Source: the human T2T-CHM13v2.0 reference genome, Homo sapiens. From it: a stretch of 64,000 nt of DNA. Positions 29,791-43,517 of the stretch are shown here, in pieces. The stretch lies in assembly GCF_009914755.1 (NCBI RefSeq), contig NC_060938.1; one strand, written 5' to 3'. The notes beneath the pieces are model-generated. The model was not told the origin of the DNA. It made no database searches and saw only the letters and a program-made list of their open reading frames with translations. Each line of letters opens with the position of its first letter. Positions within the stretch are counted from its first letter, which is position 1. Position numbers and translations under genes: made by a program.

Positions 29791-30874
29791 CCGTTGGAGA
29801 ATCTTAACTTTCTTGGTGGTGGTTGTTTTCCTTTTTCTTTTTTTTCTTTTCTTTTCTTTCCTTCTCCTCCCCCCCCACCCCCCCTTGTCGTCGTCGTCCT
29901 CCTCCTCCTCCTCCTCCTCCTCCTCCTCTTTCATTTCTTTCAGCTGGGCTCTCCTACTTGTGTTGCTCTGTTGCTCACGCTGGTCTCAAACTCCTGGCCT
30001 TGACGCTTCTCCCGTCACATCCGCCGTCTGGTTGTTGAAATGAGCATCTCTCGTAAAATGGAAAAGATGAAAGAAATAAACACGAAGACGGAAAGCACGG
30101 TGTGAACGTTTCTCTTGCCGTCTCCCGGGGTGTACCTTGGACCCGGAAACACGGAGGGAGCTTGGCTGAGTGGGTTTTCGGTGCCGAAACCTCCCGAGGG
30201 CCTCCTTCCCTCTCCCCCTTGTCCCCGCTTCTCCCCCAGCCGAGGCTCCCACCGCCGCCCTGGCATTTTCCATAGGAGAGGTATGGGAGAGGACTGACAC
30301 GCCTTCCAGGTCTATATCCTGCCGGACGTCTCTGGCTCGGCGTGCCCCACCGGCTACCTGCCACCTTCCAGGGAGCTCTGAGGCGGATGCGACCCCCACC
30401 CCCCCGTCACGTCCCGCTACCCTCCCCCGGCTGGCCTTTGCCGGGCGACCCCAGGGGAACCGCGTTGATGCTGCCTTCGGATCCTCCGGCGAAGACTTCC
30501 ACCGGATGCCCCGGGTGGGCCGGTTGGGATCAGACTGGACCACCCCGGACCGTGCTGTTCTTGGGGGTGGGTTGACGTACAGGGTGGACTGGCAGCCCCA
30601 GCATTGTAAAGGGTGCGTGGGTATGGAAATGTCACCTAGGATGCCCTCCTTCCCTTCGGTCTGCCTTCAGCTGCCTCAGGCGTGAAGACAACTTCCCATC
30701 GGAACCTCTTCTCTTCCCTTTCTCCAGCACACAGATGAGACGCACGAGAGGGAGAAACAGCTCAATAGATACCGCTGACCTTCATTTGTGGAATCCTCAG
30801 TCATCGACACACAAGACAGGTGACTAGGCAGGGACACAGATCAAACACTATTTCCGGGTCCTCGTGGTGGGATT

Positions 30875-30923
<49 letters not shown>

Positions 30924-31081
30924 CGCGCACGCGCGCACACACACACACAATTTCCATATCTAGTTCACAGAGCACACTCACTTCCCCTTTTCACAGTACG
31001 CAGGCTGAGTAAAACCCGCCCCACCCTCCACCCGTTGGCTGACGAAACCCCTTCTCTACAATTGATGAAAAAGATGATCTG

Positions 31082-31593
31082 GGCCGGGCACGCTAGCTCA
31101 CGCCTGTCACTCCGGCACTTTGGGAGGCCGAGGCGGGTGGATCGCTTGGGGCCGGGAGTTCGAGACCAGGCTGGCCGACGTGGCGAAACCCCGTCTCTCT
31201 GAAAAATAGAACGATTAGCCGGGCCTGGTGGCGTGGGCTTGGAATCACGACCGCTCGGGAGACTGGGGCGGGCGACTTGTTCCAACCGGGGAGGCCGAGG
31301 TTGCGATGAGCTGAGATCGTGCCGTGGCGATGCGGCCTGGATGACGGAGCGAGACCCCGTCTCGAGAGAATCATGATGTTATTATAAGATGAGTTGTGCG
31401 CGGTGATGGCCGCCTGTAGTCGCGGCTACTCGGGAGGCTGAGACGAGGAGAAGATCACTTGAGGCCCCACAGGTCGAGGCTTCGGTCGGCCGTGACCCAC
31501 TGTATCCTGGGCAGTCACCGGTCAAGGAGATATGCCCCTTCCCCGTTTGCTTTTCTTTTCTTCCCTTCTCTTTTCTTCTTTTTGCTTCTCTTT

Positions 31594-31629
<36 letters not shown>

Positions 31630-32410
31630 TTTCTTTTTCTCTCTTCCCCTCTTTCTTTCCTGCCTTCCTGCCTTTCTTCTTTTCTTCTTTCCTCCCTTCC
31701 TCCCTTCCTTCTTTCCTCCCGCCTCAGCCTCCCAAAGTGCTGGGATGACTGGCGGGAGGCACCATGCCTGCTTGGCCCAAAGAGACCCTCTTGGAAAGTG
31801 AGACGCAGAGAGCGCCTTCCAGTGATCTCATTGACTGATTTAGAGACGGCATCTCGCTCCGTCACCCCGGCAGTGGTGCCGTCGTAACTCACTCCCTGCA
31901 GCGTGGACGCTCCTGGACTCGAGCGATCCTTCCACCTCAGCCTCCAGAGTACAGAGCCTGGGACCGCGGGCACGCGCCACTGTGCCCACACCGTTTTTAA
32001 TTGTTTTTTTTTCCCCCGAGACAGAGTTTCACTCTCGTGGCCTAGACTGCAGTGCGGTGGCGCGATCTTGGCTCACCGCAACCTCTGCCTCCCGGTTTCA
32101 AGCGATTCTCCTGCATCGGCCTCCTGAGTAGCCGGGATTGCGGGCATGCGCTGCCACGTCTGGCTGATTTCGTATTTTTAGTGGAGACGGGGCTTCTCCA
32201 TGTCGATCGGGCTGGTTTCGAACTCCCGACCTCAGGTGATCCGCCCTCCCCGGCCTCCGGAAGTGCTGGGATGACAGGCGTGAGCCACCGCGCCCGGCCT
32301 TCATTTTTAAATGTTTTCCCACAGACGGGGTCTCATCATTTCTTTGCAACCCTCCTGCCCGGCGTCTCAAAGTGCTGGCGTGACGGGCGTGAGCCACTGC
32401 GCCTGGACTC
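31082..32410. mobile_element. Alu cluster (+ 31082-31362 and 31395-31520; - 31720-31776, 31840-31990, 32018-32299, 32323-32406)
   Basis: Alu consensus segments, unusually CpG-rich. Confidence 0.82.
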
Positions 32411-32447
32411 CGGGGAATGACTCACGACCACCATCGCTCTACTGATC

Positions 32448-32506
<59 letters not shown>

Positions 32507-33052
32507 GATGAATTATCTTATGATTTATTTGTGTACTTATTTTCAGACGGAGTCTCGCTCTGGGCGGGGCGAGGCGAGGCGAGGCACAGCGCATCGCTTT
32601 GGAAGCCGCGGCAACGCCTTTCAAAGCCCCATTCGTATGCACAGAGCCTTATTCCCTTCCTGGAGTTGGAGCTGATGCCTTCCGTAGCCTTGGGCTTCTC
32701 TCCATTCGGAAGCTTTGACAGGCGCAACCCCACCCAGAGGCTGGCTGCGGCTGAGGATTAGGGGGTGTGTTGGGGCTGAAAACTGGGTCCCCTATTTTTG
32801 ATACCTCAGCCGACACATCCCCCGACCGCCATCGCTTGCTCGCCCTCTGAGATCCCCCGCCTCCACCGCCTTGCAGGCTCACCTCTTACTTTCATTTCTT
32901 CCTTTCTTGCGTTTGAGGAGGGGGTGCGGGAATGAGGGTGTGTGTGGGGAGGGGGTGCGGGGTGGGGACGGAGGGGAGCGTCCTAAGGGTCGATTTAGTG
33001 TCATGCCTCTTTCACCACCACCACCACCACCGAAGATGACAGCAAGGATCGG

Positions 33053-33322
33053 CTAAATACCGCGTGTTCTCATCTAGAAGTGGGAACTTACAGATGACAG
33101 TTCTTGCATGGGCAGAACGAGGGGGACCGGGGACGCGGAAGTCTGCTTGAGGGAGGAGGGGTGGAAGGAGAGACAGCTTCAGGAAGAAAACAAAACACGA
33201 ATACTGTCGGACACAGCACTGACTACCCGGGTGATGAAATCATCTGCACACTGAACACCCCCGTCACAAGTTTACCTATGTCACAATCTTGCACATGTAT
33301 GCTTGAACGACAAATAAAAGTT
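33053..33322 (+). mobile_element. Old L1 (L1PB/late L1PA-like) 3' UTR fragment
   Basis: AAATACCGCGTGTTCTCA...GGGTGATGAAATCATCTGCACA...CAAGTTTACCTATGT...AAATAAAAGTT resembles the L1 3' end consensus; subfamily uncertain. Confidence 0.75.
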
Positions 33323-33524
33323 AGGGGGGAGAAGAGAGGAGAGAGAGAGAGAGAGAGAGACAGAGAGAGACAGAGAGAGAGAGAGAGGAGGGAGAGAGAA
33401 AACGAAACACCACCTCCTTGACCTGAGTCAGGGGGTTTCTGGCCTTTTGGGAGAACGTTCAGCGACAATGCAGTATTTGGGCCCGTTCTTTTTTTTTCTT
33501 CTTCTTTTCTTTCTTTTTTTTTTG

Positions 33525-34479
<955 letters not shown>

Positions 34480-34489
34480 CTAGGGCCTT

Positions 34490-34843
34490 CTCTCTGTCTG
34501 TTTCTCTCTGTTCGTCTCTGTCTTTCTCTCTGTGTCTCTTTCTCTGTCTGTCTGTCTCTTTCTTTCTCTCTGTCTCTGTCTCTGTCTTTGTCTCTCTCTC
34601 TCCCTCTCTGCCTGTCTCACTGTGTCTGTCTTCTGTCTTACTCTCTTTCTCTCCCCGTCTGTCTCTCTCTCTCTCTCTCCCTCCCTGTCTGTCTCTCTCT
34701 CTCCCTCCCTGTCTGTTTCTCTCTCTCTCTTTCTGTCTGTTTCTGTCTCTCTCTGTCTGTCTATGTCTTTCTCTGTCTGTCTCTTTCTCTGTCTGTCTGC
34801 CTCTCTCTTTCTTTTTCTGTGTCTCTCTGTCGGTCTCTCTCTC

Positions 34844-34878
<35 letters not shown>

Positions 34879-35070
34879 GTGCCTATCTTCTGTCTTACTC
34901 TCTTTCTCTGCCTGTCTGTCTGTCTCTCCCTCCCTTTCTGTTTCTCTCTCTCTCTCTCTCTCTCTCCCCCTCTCCCTGTCTGTTTCTCTCCGTCTCTCTC
35001 TCTTTCTGTCTGTTTCTCACTGTCTCTCTCTGTCCATCTCTCTCTCTCTCTGTCTGTCTCTTTCGTTCTC

Positions 35071-35124
<54 letters not shown>

Positions 35125-35167
35125 ACTCTCTGTGTGTATCTTCTGTCTTACTCTCCTTCTCTGCCTG

Positions 35168-35201
<34 letters not shown>

Positions 35202-35530
35202 CCTTTCTGTCTCTCTCTCTCTCTGTCCCTCTCTCTTTCTGTCTGTTCCTCTCTCTCTCTCTGTCTCTGTCTTTCTCTGTCTGTCTGCCTCTCTCTTTCT
35301 TTCTCTTTCTGTGTCTCTCTGTCTCTCTCTCTGTGCCTATCTTCTGTCTTACTCTCTTTCTCTGCCTGCCTGCCTGTCTGTCTGTCTGTCTCTCTCTGTC
35401 TCTCTCCCTGCCTTTCTGTTTCTCTCTCTCTCCCTCTCTCGCTCTCTCTGTCTTTCTCTCTTTCTCTCTGTTTCTCTGTCTCTCTCTGTCCGTCTCTGTC
35501 TTTTTCTGTCTGTCTCTCTCTTTCTTTCTG

Positions 35531-35563
<33 letters not shown>

Positions 35564-35659
35564 GCTTGTCTCTCTCACTGTGTCTGTCCTCTGTCTTACT
35601 CTCCTTCTCTGCCTGTCCGTCTGTCTGTCTGTCTCTCTCTCTCTCCCTCCCTTTCTGTT

Positions 35660-35702
<43 letters not shown>

Positions 35703-36623
35703 GTTTCTCTTTCTCTCTCTGTCTGTCTCTGTCTTTCTCTGTCTGTCTCTTTCTCTGTCTGTCTGTCTCCTTCTCTCTGTCTCCGTCTCTGTCTCTCTCT
35801 CTCTGTCTCTCTCTCTCTGCCTGTCTCACTGTGTCTGTCTTCTGTCTTATTCTCTTTCTCTGTCTGTCTGTCTCTCTCTCTCCCTTCCTGTCTCTTTCTC
35901 TCTCTCTCTCTCTTTCTGTCTGTTTCTCTCTGCCTGTCTCCGTCTTTCTCTGTCTGCCTCTCTCTTTCTTTTTCTGCGTCTCTCTGTCTCTCTCTCTCTG
36001 TGCCTATCTTCTGTCTTACTCTGTTTCTCTGCCTGCCTGTCTGTCTGTCTGTCTCTCTCTCTCTCTGTCTCTCTCTCTTTCTGTCTGTTTCTCTCTGTCT
36101 CTCTGTCCATCTCTGTCTTTCTCTGTCCGTCTCTCTCTTTCTCCCTGTCTCTGTCTCTGCCTCTGCCTCTCTCTCTCTCTGTCTCTCTCTTTCTATCTGT
36201 TTCTCTCTGTCTCTCTGTCCATCTCTGTCTTTCTCTGTCTGTCTCTCTCTTTCTCCCTGTCTCTGTCTCTGCCTCTCTCTCTCTCTCTCTGTCTGTCTCT
36301 CTCACTGTGTGTGTGTCTCTGTCTCTGCCTCTCTCTCTCTCTCTCTCTCTGTCTGTCTCTCTCACTGTGTGTGTCTGTCTTCTGTCTTACTCTCCTTCTC
36401 TGCCTGTCCGTCTGTCTGTCTGTCTCTCCCTCTCTCTCCCTCCCTTTCTGTTTCTCTCTCTCTCTCTCTCTCTTTCTGTCTGTTTCTCTCTTTCTCTCTC
36501 TGTCTGTCTCTTTCTCTGTCTGTCTGTCTCTCTCTTTCTTTTTCTCTGTCTCTCTGTCTCTCTCTGTGCCTGTCTCTCTGTCTGTGCCTATCTTCTGTCT
36601 TACTCTCTTTCTCTGGCTGACTG

Positions 36624-36666
<43 letters not shown>

Positions 36667-36767
36667 GTCTCCGTCCCTCCCTCCCTGTCTGTCTGTTTCT
36701 CTCTCTGTCCATTTCTGTCTGTCTCTTTCTCTTTCTCTCTCTTTCTTTCTCTCTGTCTCTCTCTGTC

Positions 36768-36816
<49 letters not shown>

Positions 36817-37024
36817 CTCTCTCACTGTGTCGGTCTTCTGTCTTACTCTCTTTCTCTGCCTGCCTCTCTGTCTGTCTGTCTGTCTCTCTCCCTCCATGTC
36901 TCTCTCTCTCTCTCTCTCACTCACTGTCTCTCCGTCTCTCTCTCTTTCTGTCTGTTTCTCTCTGTCTCTGTCTTTCTGTGTGTCTGTCTGTCTCTCTCTC
37001 TATTTGTCTTTCTCCCTCCCTGTC

Positions 37025-37065
<41 letters not shown>

Positions 37066-37140
37066 GTCTGTCTGTTTCTCTCTATCTCTCGCTGTCCATC
37101 TCTGTCTTTCTATGTCTGTCTCTTTCTCTGTCAGTCTGTC
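34490..37140 (+). repeat. CT/CTGT-rich compound satellite (Long repeat 1)
   Basis: About 2.6 kb of mostly pyrimidines on the + strand. Confidence 0.97.
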
Positions 37141-37463
37141 AGACACCCCCGTGCCGGGTAGGGCCCTGCCCCTTCCACGAAAGTGAGAAGCGCGTGCTTC
37201 GGTGCTTAGAGAGGCCGAGAGGAATCTAGACAGGCGGGCCTTGCTGGGCTTCCCCACTCGGTGTATGATTTCGGGAGGTCGAGGCCGGGTCCCCGCTTGG
37301 ATGCGAGGGGCATTTTCAGACTTTTCTCTCGGTCACGTGTGGCGTCCGTACTTCTCCTATTTCCCCGATAAGCTCCTCGACTTCAACATAAACGGCGTCC
37401 TAAGGGTCGATTTAGTGTCATGCCTCTTTCACCGCCACCACCGAAGATGAAAGCAAAGATCGG

Positions 37464-37733
37464 CTAAATACCGCGTGTTCTCATCTAGAAGTGGGAACTT
37501 ACAGATGACAGTTCTTGCATGGGCAGAACGAGGGGGACCGGGGACGCGGAAGCCTGCTTGAGGGAGGAGGGGTGGAAGGAGAGACAGCTTCAGGAAGAAA
37601 ACAAAACACGAATACTGTCGGACACAGCACTGACTACCCGGGTGATGAAATCATCTGCACACTGAACACCCCCGTCACAAGTTTACCTATGTCACAGTCT
37701 TGCTCATGTATGCTTGAACGACAAATAAAAGTT
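37464..37733 (+). mobile_element. L1 3' UTR fragment (Long repeat 2 copy)
   Basis: Duplicate of 33053-33322. Confidence 0.75.
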
Positions 37734-37793
37734 CGGGGGGGAGAAGAGAGGAGAGAGAGAGAGAGACGGGGAGAGAGGGGGGAGGGGGGGGGG

Positions 37794-37842
<49 letters not shown>

Positions 37843-38604
37843 GTAAAACCAACCACCACCTCCTTGACCTGAGTCAGGGGGTTTCTGGCCTTTTGGGAGA
37901 ACGTTCAGCGACAATGCAGTATTTGGGCCCGTTCTTTTTTTCTTCTTCTTCTTTTCTTTCTTTTTTTTTGGACTGAGTCTCTCTCGCTCTGTCACCCAGG
38001 CTGCGGTGCGGTGGCGCTCTCTCGGCTCACTGAAACCTCTGCTTCCCGGGTTCCAGTGATTCTTCTTCGGTAGCTGGGATTACAGGTGCGCACCATGACG
38101 GCCGGCTCATCGTTCTATTTTTAGTAGAGACGGGGTTTCTCCACGTTGGCCACGCTGGTCTCGAACTCCTGACCACAAATGATCCACCTTCCTGGGCCTC
38201 CCAAAGTGCTGGAAACGACAGGCCTGAGCCGCCGGGATTTCAGCCTTTAAAAGCGCGGGCCCTGCCACCTTTCGCTGCGGCCCTTACGCTCAGAATGACG
38301 TGTCCTCTCTGCCATAGGTTGACTCCTTGAGTCCCCTAGGCCATTGCACTGTAGCCTGGGCAGCAAGAGCCAAACTCCGTCCCCCCACCTCCCCGCGCAC
38401 ATAATAACTAACTAACTAACTAACTAACTAAAATCTCTACACGTCACCCATAAGTGTGTGTTCCCGTGAGGAGTGATTTCTAAGAAATGGTACTGTACAC
38501 TGAACGCAGTGGCTCACGTCTGTCATCCCGAGGTCAGGAGTTCGAGACCAGCCCGGCCAACGTGGTGAAACCCCCGTCTCTACTGAAAATACGAAATGGA
38601 GTCA

Positions 38605-38892
<288 letters not shown>

Positions 38893-38899
38893 CTAGGGC

Positions 38900-38955
38900 C
38901 TTCTCTCTGTCTGTTTCTCTCTGTTCGTCTCTGTCTTTCTCTCTGTGTCTCTTTC

Positions 38956-38988
<33 letters not shown>

Positions 38989-39420
38989 TTCTTTCTTTCT
39001 GTCTCTGTCTTTGTCCCTCTCTCTCCCTCTCTGCCTGTCTCACTGTGTCTGTCTTCTATCTTACTCTCTTTCTCTCCCCGTCTGTCTCTCTCTCACTCCC
39101 TCCCTGTCTGTTTCTCTCTCTCTCTCTTTCTGTCTGTTTCTGTCTCTCTCTGTCTGCCTCTCTCTTTCTCTATCTGTCTCTTTCTCTGTCTGTCTGCCCC
39201 TCTCTTTCTTTTTCTGTGTCTCTCTGTCTGTCTCTCTCTCTCTCTGTGCCTATCTTCTGTCTTACTCTCTTTCTCTGCCTGTCTGTCTGTCTCTCTCTGT
39301 CTCTCCCTCCCTTTCTGCTTCTCTCTCTCTCTCTCTCTCTCCCCCCTCCCTGTCTGTTTCTCTCTGTCTCCCTCTCTTTCTGTCTGTTTCTCACTGTCTC
39401 TCTCTGTCTGTCTGTTTCAT

Positions 39421-39455
<35 letters not shown>

Positions 39456-39555
39456 GTCTCTCCCTCTCTGTGTGTATCTTTTGTCTTACTCTCCTTCTCT
39501 GCCTGTCCGTCTGTCTGTCTGTCTCTCTCTCTCCCTGTCCCTCTCTCTTTCTGTC

Positions 39556-39594
<39 letters not shown>

Positions 39595-39871
39595 GTCTTT
39601 CTCTGTCTGTCCCTTTCTCTGTCTGTCTGCCTCTCTCTTTCTCTTTCTGTGTCTCTCTGTCTCTCTCTCTGTGCCTATCTTCTGTCTTACTCTCTTTCTC
39701 TGCCTGTCTATCTGTCTGTCTCTCTCTGTCTCTCTCCCTGCCTTTCTGTTTCTCTCTCTCTCCCTCTCTCGCTCTCTCTGTCTTTCTCTCTTTCTCTCTG
39801 TTTCTCTGTCTCTCTCTGTCCGTCTCTGTCTTTTTCTGTCTGTCTGTCTCTCTCTTTCTTTCTGTCGTCTG

Positions 39872-39907
<36 letters not shown>

Positions 39908-40098
39908 TCCTTGTCTCTCTCACTGTGTCTGTCTTCTGTCTTACTCTCCTTCTCTGCCTGTCCATCTGTCTGTCTGTCTCTCTCTCTCTCTCCCTACCTT
40001 TCTGTTTCTCTCTCGCTAGCTCTCTCTCTCTCTGCCTGTTTCTCTCTTTCTCTCTCTGTCTTTCTCTGTCTGTCTCTTTCTCTGTCTGTCTGTCTCTT

Positions 40099-40143
<45 letters not shown>

Positions 40144-40386
40144 GCCTCTCTCACTGTGTCTGTCTTCTGTCTTATTCTCTTTCTCTCTCTGTCTCTCTCT
40201 CTCTCTCCTTTCCTGTCTGTTTTTCTCTCTCTCTCTCTCTTTCTGCCTGTTTCTCTCTGTCTGTCTCTGTCTTTCTCTGTCTGTCTGCCTCTCTCTTTCT
40301 TTTTCTGCGTCTCTCTGTCTCTCTCTCTCTCTCTCTGTTCCTATCTTCTGTCTTACTCTGTTTCCTTGCCTGCCTGCCTGTCTGTG

Positions 40387-40424
<38 letters not shown>

Positions 40425-40534
40425 CCTTTCTCTTTCTCTGTCTCTCTCTCTCTTTCTGGGTGTTTCTCTCTGTCTCTCTGTCCATCTCTGTCTTTCTATG
40501 TCTGTCTCTCTCTTTCTCTCTGTCTCTGTCTCTG

Positions 40535-40569
<35 letters not shown>

Positions 40570-41486
40570 GTCTCTCTCACTGTGTGTGTCTGTCTTCTGT
40601 CTTACTCTCCTTCTCTGCCTGTCCGTCTGTCTGTCTGTCTCTCCCTCTCTCTCCCTCCCTTTCTGTTTCTCTCTCTCTCTCTTTCTGTCTGTTTCTCTCT
40701 TTCTCTCTCTGTCTGTCTCTTTCTCTGTCTGTCTGTCTCTCTCTTTCTTTTTCTCTGTCTCTCTGTCTCTCTCTGTGTCTGTCTCTCTGTCTGTGCCTAT
40801 CTTCTGTCTTACTCTCTTTCTCTGGCTGTCTGCCTGTCTCTCTCTCTCTCTCTGTCTGTCTCCGTCCCTCTCTCCCTGTCTGTCTGTTTCTCTCTCTGCC
40901 TCTCTCTCTCTCTGTCTGTCTCTTTCTCTGTCTGTCTGTCTCTCTCTTTCTTTTTCTCTGTCTCTCTGTCTCTCTCTGTGTCTGTCTCTCTTTCTGTGCC
41001 TATCTTCTGTCTTACTCTCTTTCTCTGGCTGTCTGCCTGTCTCTCTCTCTCTGCCTGTCTCCGTCCCTCCCTCCCTGTCTGTCTGTTTCTCTCTCTGTCT
41101 CTGTCTCTCTGTCCATCTCTGTCTGTCTCTTTCTCTTTCTCTCTCTCTGTCTCTGTCTCTCTCTCTCTCTGCCTGTCTCTCTCACTGTGTCTGTCTTCTG
41201 TCTTACTCTCTTTCTCTGCCTGCCTCTCTGTCTGTCTGTCTCTCTCCCTCCATGTCTCTCTCTCTCTCTCACTCACTCTCTCTCCGTCTCTCTCTCTTTC
41301 TGTCTGTTTCTCTCTCTGTCTGTCTCTCTCCCTCCATGTCTCTCTCTCTCTCTCTCACTCACTCTCTCTCCGTCTCTCTCTCTCTTTCTGTCTGTTTCTC
41401 TCTCTGTCTGTCTCTCTCCCTCCATGTCTCTCTCTCTCCCTCTCACTCACTCTCTCTCCGTCTCTCTCTCTCTTTCTGTCTGTTTC

Positions 41487-41547
<61 letters not shown>

Positions 41548-41580
41548 GTCTTTCTCCCTCCCTGTCTGTCTGTCTGTCTC

Positions 41581-41613
<33 letters not shown>

Positions 41614-41692
41614 TTCTCTTTCTGTCTGTTTCTCTCTATCTCTCGCTGTCCATCTCTGTCTTTCTATGTCTGTCTCTTTCTCTGTCAGTCTG
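38900..41692 (+). repeat. CT/CTGT-rich compound satellite (Long repeat 2)
   Basis: About 2.8 kb, same composition as the Long repeat 1 tract. Confidence 0.97.
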
Positions 41693-41952
41693 TCAGACAC
41701 CCCCGTGCCGGGTAGGGCCCTGCCCCTTCCACGAGAGTGAGAAGCGCGTGCTTCGGTGCTTAGAGAGGCCGAGAGGAATCTAGACAGGCGGGCCTTGCTG
41801 GGCTTCCCCACTCGGTGTACGATTTCGGGAGGTCGAGGCCGGGTCCCCGCTTGGATGCGAGGGGCATTTTCAGACTTTTCTCTCGGTCACGTGTGGCGTC
41901 CGTACTTCTCCTATTTCCCCGATAAGCTCCTCGACTTCAACATAAACTGTTA

Positions 41953-42157
41953 AGGCCGGACGCAACACGGCGAAACCCCGTCTCTACTAAAAATACAAAG
42001 CTGAGTCGGGAGCGGTGGGGCAGGCCCCTGTAATGCCAGCTCCTCGGGAGGCTGAGGCGGGAGAATCGCTTGAACCAGGGAAGCGGAGGCTGCAGGGAGC
42101 CGAGATCGCGCCACTGCACTACGGCCCAGGCTGTAGAGTGAGTGAGACTCGGTCTCT
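41953..42157 (+). mobile_element. 5'-truncated Alu
   Basis: GGCGAAACCCCGTCTCTACTAAAAATACAAA...GAGACTCGGTCTC. Confidence 0.85.
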
Positions 42158-43352
42158 AAATAAATACGGAAATTAATTAATTCATTAATTCTTTTCCCTG
42201 CTGACGGACATTTGCAGGCAGGCATCGGTTGTCTTCGGGCATCACCTAGCGGCCACTGTTATTGAAAGTCGACGTGACACGGAGGGAGGTCTCGCCGACT
42301 TCACCGAGCCTGGGGCAACGGGTTTCTCTCTCTCCCTTCTGGAGGCCCCTCCCTCTCTCCCTCGTTGCCTAGGGAACCTCGCCTAGGGAACCTCCGCCCT
42401 GGCGGGGGCCCTATTGTTCTTTGATCGGCGCTTTACTTTTCTTTGTGTTTTGGCGCCTAGACTCTTCTACTTGGGCTTTGGGAAGGGTCAGTTTAATTTT
42501 CAAGTTGCCCCCCGGCTCCCCCCACTACCCACGTCCCTTCACCTTAATTTAGTGAGTCGGTTAGGTGGGTTTCCCCCAAACCGCCCCCCCCCCCCCCCCG
42601 CCTCCCAACACCCTGCTTGGAAACCTTCCAGAGCCACCCCGGTGTGCCTCCGTCTTCTCTCCCCTTCCCCCACCCCTTGCCGGCGATCTCATTCTTGCCA
42701 GGCTGACATTTGCATCGGTGGGCGTCAGGCCTCACTCGGGGGCCACCGTTTTTGAAGATGGGGGCGGCACGGTCCCACTTCCCCGGAGGCAGCTTGGGCC
42801 GATGGCATAGCCCCTTGACCCGCGTGGGCAAGCGGGCGGGTCTGCAGTTGTGAGGCTTTTCCCCCCGCTGCTTCCCGCCTCAGGCCTCCCTCCCTAGGAA
42901 AGCTTCACCCTGGCTGGGTCTCGGTCACCTTTTATCACGATGTTTTAGTTTCTCCGCCCTCCGGCCAGCAGAGTTTCACAATGCGAAGGGCGCCACGGCT
43001 CTAGTCTGGGCCTTCTCAGTACTTGCCCAAAATAGAAACGCTTTCTGAAAACTAATAACTTTGCTCACTTAAGATTTCCAGGGACGGCGCCTTGGCCCGT
43101 GTTTGTTGGCTTGTTTTGTTTCGTTCTGTTTTGTTTTGTTCGTGTTTTTCCTTTCTCGTATGTCTTTCTTTTCAGGTGAAGTAGAAATCCCCAGTTTTCA
43201 GGAAGACGTCTATTTTCCCCAAGACACGTTAGCTGCCGTTTTTTCCTGTTGTGAACTAGCGCTTTTGTGACTCTCTCAACGTGCAGTGAGAGCCGGTTGA
43301 TGTTTACTATCCTTCATCATGACATCTTATTTTCTAGAAATCCGTAGGCGAA

Positions 43353-43440
43353 TGCTGCTGCTGCTCTTGTTGCTGTTGTTGTTGTTGTTGTTGTCGTCGT
43401 TGCTGTTGTCGTTGTCGTTGTTGTTGTCGTTGTCGTTGTT
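43353..43440 (+). repeat. (GCT/GTT/GTC)n trinucleotide repeat
   Basis: Direct inspection. Confidence 0.9.
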
Positions 43441-43517
43441 TTCAAAGTATACCCCGGCCACCGTTTATGGGATCAAAAGCATTATAAAATATGTGTGATT
43501 ATTTCTTGAGCACGCCC

